Below are positions 37,796 through 46,159 of a DNA stretch of 64,000 nucleotides, piece by piece. Origin of the DNA: Candidatus Zambryskibacteria bacterium RIFOXYD1_FULL_40_13. Lineage in GTDB: Bacteria; Patescibacteriota; Minisyncoccia; Phycocordibacterales; DATDWN01. Below the pieces are notes generated by a model. The model worked only from the letters and a program-made list of their open reading frames with translations, ran no database searches and was not told the origin of the DNA. The position numbers and the translations under genes were made by a program. How positions within the stretch are numbered: the stretch's first letter is position 1; each line of letters opens with the position of its first letter. The stretch spans positions 52,261-116,260 of the forward strand of contig MHWY01000008.1 in the NCBI GenBank assembly GCA_001824295.1. The letters run 5' to 3'.

Positions 37796-38320
37796 ATGGA
37801 GGATATAGAGAAAGAATTTCTTGAAGCGTATAACACACACTCCAATCAAATTTTCCGATTTGTCTTTTTCAGGTTGAATGACCGAGAAAAAGCCAAAGAA
37901 CTTACCCAAGAAACTTTTCTAAAAACTTGGGTGTATATCTCAAAAACGGGTGCTATGAAAAACATTAGGGCCTTTCTCTATAAGGTCGCGAGCAACCTGG
38001 TAGTTGACGAATACAGGAGAGGAGGGAGAGCAAAGATAACCTCTCTGGATTTGGCAATGGAAAATGGCCACGACTTTGCAGTGGAGGAAAAGGAATCTCT
38101 GCTGGACAAATTGGACGGTTCACAAATCCTTGAATTAGTTAAGTTATTGCCAAAATCATACGCCGATGTCCTGTATATGAAATATGTTGAAGATATGAGT
38201 ATATCCGAGATAGCTGAGGCAATAGATGGGTCAAACAATGTTGTCTCTGTTAGAATAAACAGGGGAATAGTGAAACTGAAAAAGATAGTCAGCCAAAAAA
38301 TGAAACAAAATGAATACTGA
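37796..38320 (+). CDS. ECF RNA polymerase sigma factor
   Basis: AKELTQETFLKTW, AFLYKVASNLVVDEYRR, region 4 MSISEIAEAI..VSVRINRG. Confidence 0.93.
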   Translation: MEDIEKEFLEAYNTHSNQIFRFVFFRLNDREKAKELTQETFLKTWVYISKTGAMKNIRAFLYKVASNLVVDEYRRGGRAKITSLDLAMENGHDFAVEEKESLLDKLDGSQILELVKLLPKSYADVLYMKYVEDMSISEIAEAIDGSNNVVSVRINRGIVKLKKIVSQKMKQNEY

Positions 38321-39185
38321 TTTTTTCAAAAAAATAAAAATGGAAAACCTTACGCAAGAAGAAAAGGCGGAGGGTTTGTTGAATTTGAAAAGTTTTATGG
38401 CTTCTCATCCTGCAAGACAAAAAACATTTGGCAATAATTTAACAGGGTGGTTGTTTTACTCTCCGTGGTTTACTAAAAACAGAATGGTGGTGGGGAGTGC
38501 TTTTGCTCTCGTCATCTTCTTTGCTGGTGGTGGAGTAATGCTCGCAGCAAACTCGGCCCTGCCTGGAGACCTACTCTATCCAGTAAAAATACATGTCAAC
38601 GAAAAAGTTGAGTCGGCAACAGCCATAGGACAGAAAAAAAAGGCTGAGGTAATCGTAAAACAAGCTATCACTAGACTAGATGAAGCGGAGAAACTCTCCT
38701 CTGAACACAGACTAACCGAGGATTCCAAAAAAACCATCAATGCTGTATTTTCCACACAGCTTGAAGAGGGTTCTAAGAACATAGATGAGCTTAAAAAGAC
38801 TGGCAAAGAGAGAGAGGCAACAGAAATCGACCTTGCTCTGAAAGAAGCTTTGAGTAAACACCATCTAATCCTGTCAGAATTACTAGAAGACGACCGAGAA
38901 GATAGGGAAGAAAAAACAAAACAACGAGAGGAAAATGCAAAAACAAGAAGAAAAATAAGGAGTTGGGGTGGTTTCGATGTGGAGACAAAGGCAACCACCA
39001 CCGAATCAGTTATAGAATGGGCCACAACCACAACCGAATCACGAGTTGAAATTGAGGCCACAAACACACTGGATAAAACAATAAAAGATGATTCGGATGA
39101 AAAGAAACCGGACGATGAAAAAAATTTACTTGATATTGAGCAGGTGATTCCTAAGATTGACATTCCACATATCAAAGAAATCTAA
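38310..39185 (+). CDS. Putative anti-sigma factor (DUF5667-like)
   Basis: Overlaps the sigma stop codon; TM helix followed by SALPGDLLYPVK. Confidence 0.75.
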   Translation: MNTDFFKKIKMENLTQEEKAEGLLNLKSFMASHPARQKTFGNNLTGWLFYSPWFTKNRMVVGSAFALVIFFAGGGVMLAANSALPGDLLYPVKIHVNEKVESATAIGQKKKAEVIVKQAITRLDEAEKLSSEHRLTEDSKKTINAVFSTQLEEGSKNIDELKKTGKEREATEIDLALKEALSKHHLILSELLEDDREDREEKTKQREENAKTRRKIRSWGGFDVETKATTTESVIEWATTTTESRVEIEATNTLDKTIKDDSDEKKPDDEKNLLDIEQVIPKIDIPHIKEI

Positions 39186-39230
39186 ACTGTTGTTTTATTT
39201 TTATCTCAAACATATTACAATTAAGAAATC

Positions 39231-40808
39231 ATGGCTGTTTCAAAAATTTACAGCGCACAGACCACACTCCTTTCGGCGCAAATAATTGATATTGAAGTTG
39301 ACCTGTCAAAAGGTTTGCATAGCTTTAATGTTGTGGGGCTGGCAGATAAATCGGTAGACGAAAGTAAGGATAGGGTTGGAGCCGCCATAAAAAACTCTGG
39401 ATTCAAGTCACCTAAAAACAAAAATCAAAAAATCGTGGTCTCTCTTGCCCCAGCGGACATAAAAAAGGAGGGTCCGCTTTTTGATTTACCAATTGCTATT
39501 GCATACCTTTTGGCTTCGGAAGATATAAAAGCGGACACTGAAAAAAGACTTTTTGTTGGTGAACTATCTCTTGATGGGGAACTAAGGCCGATAAAAGGGG
39601 CTTTACCTATAACACAAAAAGCCAAAAAGGATGGTTTCAAAGAGATATTCCTACCAATTGAGAATGCAGAGGAAGCAGTAAGTATAGAAGGTATCAAGGT
39701 TTACGGAGCAGGAAGTTTAAAAGAAGTTTTACAACATATAAATACAAAGAAGATGGACGAATCGGATGATACAAAGGTGTTTATTCCTCATGTTGAGATT
39801 ATTCCTCACAAGAAATCCAAGAAAAAGAAAGTGGTGCGAGAAATTGACATTGATTTCGCAGACATTAAGGGTCAAGAATCAGCCAAAAGAGGATTGGAAA
39901 TCGCCGCAGCAGGTGGACACAACATAATAATGTATGGTCCTCCCGGCACAGGCAAGACTATGCTGGCCAAAGCTTTCACGCATTTACTTCCACCGCTTTC
40001 CTTTGACGAAATGCTTGAGGTCACTTCTATTTATTCTATTGGCGGAATGCTCTCCGAGGGCCTCATTGAACACCCACCCTTCCGCTCTCCACACCACACT
40101 GCATCTTATGTCTCTCTCGTGGGTGGTGGAACAAATTTGAAACCAGGAGAAGTTACCCTGGCCCACAAAGGGGTTTTATTCATGGACGAGTTTCCAGAAT
40201 TTGATAAGAAAGTGCTGGAAAGTTTGCGTCAGCCCTTGGAAGATAGGGTAGTAACAATTTCCCGAGCAAAGGGAAGTGCACGATATCCCGCACATTTTAT
40301 TCTTATTGCCACAATGAACCCATGCCCATGTGGAAATTATGGAGTGAAGGGTAAAGAATGTATCTGTTCTGCGCAAAATATAGAAAAGTATAAAAGAAAA
40401 ATGTCAGGACCGATTATAGACAGAATAGATATGTGGGTAGAAGTCTCAAAGGTTGAGCACGAGAAACTAACTGATGCTAGAGAGCTTCAAGAGGGAACGG
40501 GTGTGATGAAACCGAGAGTAGAGAAGGCCAGAAAAATGGCAGAGCAAAGATACAAAAAGTTGGGACTAAAAACAAAAACGAACGCCGAGCTCTCGCCAAA
40601 AGATTTAGTCAAACATATTACTCTTTCCGATAAGGTTAAGGAAGTTTTGAATAAATCAGCCAAACAGCTAGACCTTTCGGCCCGCTCATATCACAGGATA
40701 ATAAAACTGGCTCGCACGATTGCAGATATGGAAGGAGCAAGTGATGTAGCAGAAAACCATATACTAGAAGCACTACAGTATAGACCAAAAAAATATCAGA
40801 ATGGATAG
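39231..40808 (+). CDS. comM: ComM/YifB Mg-chelatase-like AAA+ helicase
   Basis: GELSLDG, AAAGGHN, GPPGTGKT, PFRSPHHTAS, PGEVTLAHKGVLFMDE, MNPCPCG, ARTIAD. Confidence 0.95.
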   Translation: MAVSKIYSAQTTLLSAQIIDIEVDLSKGLHSFNVVGLADKSVDESKDRVGAAIKNSGFKSPKNKNQKIVVSLAPADIKKEGPLFDLPIAIAYLLASEDIKADTEKRLFVGELSLDGELRPIKGALPITQKAKKDGFKEIFLPIENAEEAVSIEGIKVYGAGSLKEVLQHINTKKMDESDDTKVFIPHVEIIPHKKSKKKKVVREIDIDFADIKGQESAKRGLEIAAAGGHNIIMYGPPGTGKTMLAKAFTHLLPPLSFDEMLEVTSIYSIGGMLSEGLIEHPPFRSPHHTASYVSLVGGGTNLKPGEVTLAHKGVLFMDEFPEFDKKVLESLRQPLEDRVVTISRAKGSARYPAHFILIATMNPCPCGNYGVKGKECICSAQNIEKYKRKMSGPIIDRIDMWVEVSKVEHEKLTDARELQEGTGVMKPRVEKARKMAEQRYKKLGLKTKTNAELSPKDLVKHITLSDKVKEVLNKSAKQLDLSARSYHRIIKLARTIADMEGASDVAENHILEALQYRPKKYQNG

Positions 40809-40840
40809 AAACTTGACTCGTATGTTATAATACAGCCAAT

Positions 40841-41593
40841 ATGATAGAAAAATATCTAGAAGATGCTGGGTTAAGCGACAAAGAAGTTAAAATATATCTG
40901 CAATTAATACAAATGGAGAAAGCTTCTGTGGTAGATTTGGCAAATAAAACAAAGATTAAAAGACCGACTGTTTATACAATACTTGATTCTCTGGCAAAAA
41001 AGGGGTTGGTAAGTCAGATAGATGAGGACAAAAAAACCAGATATTTTGCTGAATCTCCTGATAAATTAAATTTGTTTGTAGAAAGGAAGGAGCAATCCCT
41101 AAAAGAACTGAAAGAAAGATTTGTTAACGACATTATTCCTCAAATAAAAAGTTTACAGAGAGAATCTGGAGAAAAACCTATCGTGAAGTTTTTCTCAGGT
41201 AAAGAAGGAATTGTAAGTGCCCACGATAATGTTTTTTATGGAAAACCAGATGGGTCACCAACATATATAATATATTCCAAGGATTTAGTTGATGAATCAT
41301 TCAAAAACGAGGAGACAAATAAATACCGCAACACTAGAATAGAGCTTGGTATAAAAGCAAAAACCATATACAACTGGTCAAAGGGGGTCAAGGAATCTGA
41401 CGAGATGGCCGAAAGAATAAAAGTTGATGAAAAAAAATATCCCTTTTTTACTGATATTACTATTTATAAAGATAGGGTGAGAATTAACATTTTGGGCAAG
41501 AAATTATCTGGTATTTATATTGAGAGTAAGGATTTAGCTGAAACTCTAAAAAGCCTGTTCAACCTAGCTTTTGATAACCTAAAAAACAAATAG
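40841..41593 (+). CDS. TrmB family transcriptional regulator
   Basis: GLSDKEVKIYL...RPTVYTILDSLAKKGLV; AESPDK motif shared with the paralog at 28462. Confidence 0.88.
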   Translation: MIEKYLEDAGLSDKEVKIYLQLIQMEKASVVDLANKTKIKRPTVYTILDSLAKKGLVSQIDEDKKTRYFAESPDKLNLFVERKEQSLKELKERFVNDIIPQIKSLQRESGEKPIVKFFSGKEGIVSAHDNVFYGKPDGSPTYIIYSKDLVDESFKNEETNKYRNTRIELGIKAKTIYNWSKGVKESDEMAERIKVDEKKYPFFTDITIYKDRVRINILGKKLSGIYIESKDLAETLKSLFNLAFDNLKNK

Positions 41594-41602
41594 CAACAGA
41601 TA

Positions 41603-41925
41603 TGGTGAAGGCCTGACGGGGGAATTGAATCCCCCCGCCAGGCCTTTGTCGAAGCCGAAGCTCCGTGGTCTTAGCCCTTTCGGGCCGTGTTGTTGGTAGT
41701 CTTTCGAGCTACCGTCCGTCCCAACCCGCATAGCGTGGTTGTGACGAACAAACGATAACTACTAGTCGAACACGGCCCCGCCTCCTTTCTGGAAAGGGCC
41801 CCGAACGAGACACTACCCGGATCAAACCCCACCGGCTCTGCTTGGGATGCCCTATCGCACCCCAAGTTCGCCCGCCGGGTTAGTCCCACATCCTCGCCTC
41901 CCTTGAACTGGGTTGACGTACCAAC
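41603..41925 (-). ncRNA. Putative ~320-nt structured RNA
   Basis: Promoter TTGACA-N16-TATACT (41957-41930); GAAA/TTCG-capped hairpins; terminal 17-bp stem followed by CACCA. Confidence 0.55.
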
Positions 41926-42093
41926 ATAGAGTATACACCCTATGTTTATTTTGTCAAATACGAATTTCAAAACAGATTAATTCTGTGTCAATTTAGTTAT
42001 GTTTGTGTCAGTCTCATTTATAATCAATATTATAATAAACGGCCTTATTATGGGCTGTTTTCATTATTCGTATAGATGATTTGTCAGAACTCC

Positions 42094-42122
42094 TTGACAA
42101 AAAATAGGACTTAGTATATACT
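42094..42122 (+). promoter_or_regulatory. Strong sigma70 promoter
   Basis: TTGACA-N17-TATACT. Confidence 0.8.
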
Positions 42123-42264
42123 ACTTCCAGAATCAAATAAACAAAAAGTCAGTTGGCTTTGACATCGGATAACTTTCGCTTCCACTTTGGTTGGTCCGGA
42201 TCGCACATATTACTTGCGAGGGACCCCAAAGCGGGAGCGAAAGTAACCCACATTTGAGGTGAGT

Positions 42265-42582
42265 ATGAAACGAGTGGTCTGTGCAGTCGTGCTAGTCCTC
42301 GCGGTCATGGCCACCGCTTGCAATGGGATGGTCCCCAAGCGAGAGGTGGTTCGGGACTACTGTGACACAGAGGTGGCGTACACCCTGTGGAAACAGGAGT
42401 CCGGGTACTGGCTCAATCTTCATGTTGGACCAGCCACCACGACCGTCTATTCCTCCAACCCTGGAAGGACACGGATGGTCAACTTGTCGCAGAAAGTTTC
42501 CTCTCCCGAGGAAGCCGACAAGTTGGTAAGAGAAACTCAGCAAGCCCTTGCCGAGAAACTCGCTAAGGCACGCCGAAAGTAG
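42265..42582 (+). CDS. Lipoprotein-like ORFan
   Basis: SD GAGGTG; MKR followed by a hydrophobic stretch and lipobox-like ATA|C. Confidence 0.7.
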   Translation: MKRVVCAVVLVLAVMATACNGMVPKREVVRDYCDTEVAYTLWKQESGYWLNLHVGPATTTVYSSNPGRTRMVNLSQKVSSPEEADKLVRETQQALAEKLAKARRK

Positions 42583-43775
42583 TGCCGTGTAGACCAATCC
42601 CAAGTCTACAGAATTAGAAACTGGGACAACAATACTTCGGGGAAGTACCGAAGCGCCTACCAAGCGGTCACTGATCGTCCTCCAGAACGCCATCCTGGAT
42701 CCGAGGAAACCATAAATCCTCGGGTTTCCTTAAAAGCGAATCACCAGAATATAGACCGTGGTTTTCTTTTAAGGGAAGAGAGAAGGTGGTGACAGTGTGG
42801 CACTGAAGCGTCACAGTCGTAAGACTTCGGATGTTTTGTCCCAAGCAGACGAACCGCCGAATGTCACACCACCCCTTCTCCTTCCCAGCGTCATAGTCCA
42901 GGCCGGTGCAGCGGCCAGAGGACGCGAGAGTGAAATTCTCCACCTTTAAGTGAACTCTCCACTACTCCTTCAGGGAGTAGAAGGTGGACGGCGAGAGAAA
43001 CTCGTCATCGGGGATTAAAACACGGGTGGCCACCATGTTCTACAAAACAAGGAGGTCGGCCAAGCCCGCAAAAAACACCCCGAACTGCACTCGTTCTTTT
43101 CATAAACAATCTTTCGAAACCAAAGGTATGAGGTAGGTGTGGACAGACACCATAACCGAGTAGTGATGTGATTTGATAAGTACACCCTGAAAGGGTGTAA
43201 GTAACAGATGATCCACCAGCAGTGGGAATGGAGTGATGCTCTCCAGTCATCGTGTTGCCACATCCTATAAAATGGATGGGGCTCTCCTGAGCTTCCGTTC
43301 AGCGGAGACAAGATCCGCACTGTCCTTGCTTCGGAAGGTTGTGCCTAAACCTTGCCCTGAGGAACCTTGAGTTTCTCGGGGTTCCTTAAAAGCAAATCAC
43401 TAAACATAGACTGTGGTTTTCTTTTAAGGGAAGAGGGAGTACACGAGGGCTAAAATGATGCGCCTCATAAAGGCTGTCCCCTGATGTATGGAAACTTCTT
43501 CCCAAGTTACTCGTCCAGGCCTGTGCAGAGGCCAAAGGACTGTGGGGTGGTATGTATCCGTCCGAACCGAGAACCCCCCCGTACTCTGCAAGAGTAAAGG
43601 ACGGATGGTGAAGACTTACATTCATCATTGGGTAAAATGCCCCTCTAATGGGCAGTCATCCGTGGGGATTGTTGAGTGGAAACACCGCACCCTATTGACC
43701 CCAAACTGCACACCGCTCTTTTTGGAACGGCTCTACGGTTAAGGCTTCGCAAGCTACCATCGTGGGGCCTTTTTC
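42583..43775 (+). ncRNA. Putative large ornate non-coding RNA with an internally duplicated domain
   Basis: No convincing ORF; near-continuous hairpins; duplicated module 42703-42923 / 43359-43540 with compensatory changes; hairpin plus T-tract at 43729-43774. Confidence 0.6.
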
Positions 43776-43791
43776 GTATTAAAATTACACC

Positions 43792-44151
43792 CTACTCACC
43801 TTTTTGCCAATACATATTTAAATAGGCTGCTAGTCTGTGATATTTATCAGAAATAGACATCCCAGTTTCTTCATCAATTTTTTCATCACCAAGAGAAAAT
43901 CCATCTAGGGCCCCGAGCGAATTCTTGAACAACCTACCTCCAACCATAAAAGATTCTACCCCATCTTTAGATTTATATGAATCAATAAAATCCTGGGCTT
44001 CTTGTCTAGTTAACCCGCCTTCTTCACCCCATTTTATTGCTTCTTCAATAAATTTTTTTCTTCTGGCAGTTTTTTCTTTTTCTGTGTCACCCATCATAGA
44101 TTCTGCCTGTAAAATTTCTTCCTCTGTTGGTGTGTATTTATCTATACTCAT
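43792..44151 (-). CDS. Hypothetical protein
   Basis: 119-aa ORF with host-like composition (MSIDKYTPTEEEILQAESMM). Confidence 0.7.
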   Translation of the reverse strand: MSIDKYTPTEEEILQAESMMGDTEKEKTARRKKFIEEAIKWGEEGGLTRQEAQDFIDSYKSKDGVESFMVGGRLFKNSLGALDGFSLGDEKIDEETGMSISDKYHRLAAYLNMYWQKGE

Positions 44152-44291
44152 AAATTTTATACTAGTTACTAATAGGTAATATTATACAATAAATGACCGG
44201 TGATGCCACACAACTTCTTGCGTAATAATAAAATTGACAAATTAAATGGTGAGAGTAGATTTAAAATCAGATAACCAACCTGGGAGGCAGT

Positions 44292-44618
44292 GTGGGCCTG
44301 AAGGCAAAGATGTCGTTGCGTATCGAGATTCCCTTTCTCACGGAGAACCCTCTCCGACACCTGATTGAGGTTGAGCTTGACCTCGATCTTGATCGAGGAA
44401 CCACAGTCCGGGGAAAGATTCCGGAGGAATTCACCATCGGCCCACAAAGGGTGTTTGTAGGCAAGGGAAAAGGACTCCTTGGTGCGATGGTAGACTGGCT
44501 CAAGCAGGTTGATTCTTCGGTGGAGTACCTTCCTGCCCACTGCAAGGTGGAGGACGAGAAGCGACGCCAAGCGGCCGAACAAAGACTCAAGGAAATGGGT
44601 CTATGGCCGATGCTCTAA
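44292..44618 (+). CDS. Hypothetical ORFan, GC-richer islet
   Basis: Promoter TTGACA-N16-TAGATT, SD GGGAGG, terminator CCCCG-TGTGGCC..GGCCA-CCGGGG-CTTTTT at 44627-44661. Confidence 0.65.
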   Translation: MGLKAKMSLRIEIPFLTENPLRHLIEVELDLDLDRGTTVRGKIPEEFTIGPQRVFVGKGKGLLGAMVDWLKQVDSSVEYLPAHCKVEDEKRRQAAEQRLKEMGLWPML

Positions 44619-44705
44619 TGTACACTCCCCCGTGTGGCCCAAAAGGCCACCGGGGCTTTTTGGTTTATAAAATTTACACCACCACAGACAGTAAGTTTGG
44701 AAAAT

Positions 44706-44826
44706 AGCTCGGTGAGTTTTTGTTCGAGTTCAAGGCGGAATGAGAAAATGCGAGGAGCCTTACTTGTCGTAAGGTGATGAGAATTTTTGAAATTCCAACG
44801 CAGAAATCGGAAAAAAGACCCGAGCG
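44706..44826 (-). repeat. 3'-UTR palindromic repeat family A
   Basis: Minus strand TTTCTGCGTTG...TCACCTTAC-GACAA-GTAAGGCTC...CGCCTTGAAC with GCTCGG/CCGAGC outer arms. Confidence 0.75.
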
Positions 44827-45861
44827 TTAGAAAGGATTCCTTGCGCCTCTAATTTCGAAATGTAGATGTACACCAGTCAGCCCCTTAACCCTCCCCGTAT
44901 TTCCCATTTTACCTATAACCTGACCCTGCTCAACAGAATCTCCAACATTTACTGACACTCCAGAAAGGTGAGCATAAACCGTCTGTGTGCCGTTACTGTG
45001 TTTAATAACAATATAAGAGCCATAACCACCATTCCAACCAGAACCCTTTGAAACAATCACCTGGCCAGAAGCTGACGCAAGAATATTTGAGCCATAGGAA
45101 GAAGCCAAGTCAACTGCATACCTGTCGTGCAAACCCTGTGTCCTTATTCCTCCAACAATCGGTCGCATGTAATAACCTTCGTACGTTGGATAAGATGTGG
45201 TTTTCTTTGTAGAACTGCTACCGCCCGATGAAACTTGGATAGCCTCACCACCAGGCACAACGATAATATCTCCTATAGCAAGTTTAGAATTTTTACTTAG
45301 GTTGTTATACATTAAAACTTCTTCAAAATCTCCTTTGTATAACTTGGTTATGCTTTGAAGAGTATCACCAGACTTGACCTTGTGTTGTATTCCAGATATT
45401 GGCAAGATAACCAATGTTTGACCCACAGAAATAGTGCTTCCTTTTATATCATTACTCCACCTTACTGTGTTTACCGAGACCCCAAACATCTTGGCGATTG
45501 CTGGTAAGGTATCGCCTTTTCTAACGACATACAAGCTAATTTGGTCTTCATCTACGGTCTTTGAGTCATCAAATTTTTGAACTTCTGGTAGAAGAAATGC
45601 ACCATCAACGATGGTGATTTCCTCCTCGGCAGTAGTCGAGCTCTGGTTAGGAGATATTGTGGCCTGGAGCAAGGCCATATTCTGGGAATTTAGCTCAAAC
45701 TCCTCTGTCTGGGCCTCAGCTTTTGAGAAAAAACCTGTGAAGAAAGAAATAACCCCGGCCTTTGCAGAAACGGGGACAGACAAACATATAAAAATAATTA
45801 CAGAAAAAACACCGTTGGTTAGTAACCTACTTATGTTCACCGCTGATTTGTCTGATCCCAC
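44827..45861 (-). CDS. LysM + M23 family peptidoglycan endopeptidase (start uncertain)
   Basis: Two LysM repeats (YVVRKGDTL, HKVKSGDTL); M23 motifs HDRYAVD, YAHL, HLHFEI. Confidence 0.92.
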   Translation of the reverse strand: MGSDKSAVNISRLLTNGVFSVIIFICLSVPVSAKAGVISFFTGFFSKAEAQTEEFELNSQNMALLQATISPNQSSTTAEEEITIVDGAFLLPEVQKFDDSKTVDEDQISLYVVRKGDTLPAIAKMFGVSVNTVRWSNDIKGSTISVGQTLVILPISGIQHKVKSGDTLQSITKLYKGDFEEVLMYNNLSKNSKLAIGDIIVVPGGEAIQVSSGGSSSTKKTTSYPTYEGYYMRPIVGGIRTQGLHDRYAVDLASSYGSNILASASGQVIVSKGSGWNGGYGSYIVIKHSNGTQTVYAHLSGVSVNVGDSVEQGQVIGKMGNTGRVKGLTGVHLHFEIRGARNPF

Positions 45862-46159
45862 TGGGCTACATTTTGAGAATGATTTGCCGCCCGTGCTTTT
45901 AAGACCTGACCCTAACCGCGGATCTTGTTGTGAGCTTATAATAAGCTAAAAATTAAAATATATTCTGGTTGTCAGTGGCAAATATGGCTCTACTAGACCA
46001 TATTTTAGTCTCCTTAGTTCAGTACTCCTAAAGTATATACCTGCAGGCTGTGGGGTCAATAGGGGTTACACACAGCAAGCAATAGTCCGTAAAGTTCATA
46101 AAGTTGAAAGTTTATAAAGAAAATTCGGGAATTAAAAAGAAAAATGCTAAAATCAAGCA

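Noticed and set aside
41603-41925. tmRNA or RNase P RNA
   Set aside because: No 5' GGGG acceptor strand pairing with the 3' end, no Ala-ending tag ORF seen, and no GAGGAAAGTCC RNase P signature
42760-42930. Group I intron (ATAGTCCA resembles the P7 3' strand)
   Set aside because: No matching P7 5' strand or other core elements recognised, no interrupted host gene, and the second module lacks the motif; an Infernal search is needed to exclude it fully
42703-43540. CRISPR array or DGR template/variable repeat pair
   Set aside because: Only two copies about 650 nt apart, differences are compensatory rather than adenine-specific, and there are no cas or RT genes
41671-43742. ORF-track proteins at 41671-41970, 42292-42693, 42668-42943, 43005-43320, 43386-43628 and 43488-43742
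   Set aside because: No recognisable motifs or RBS, mutually overlapping, and better explained as chance ORFs in GC-rich structured RNA
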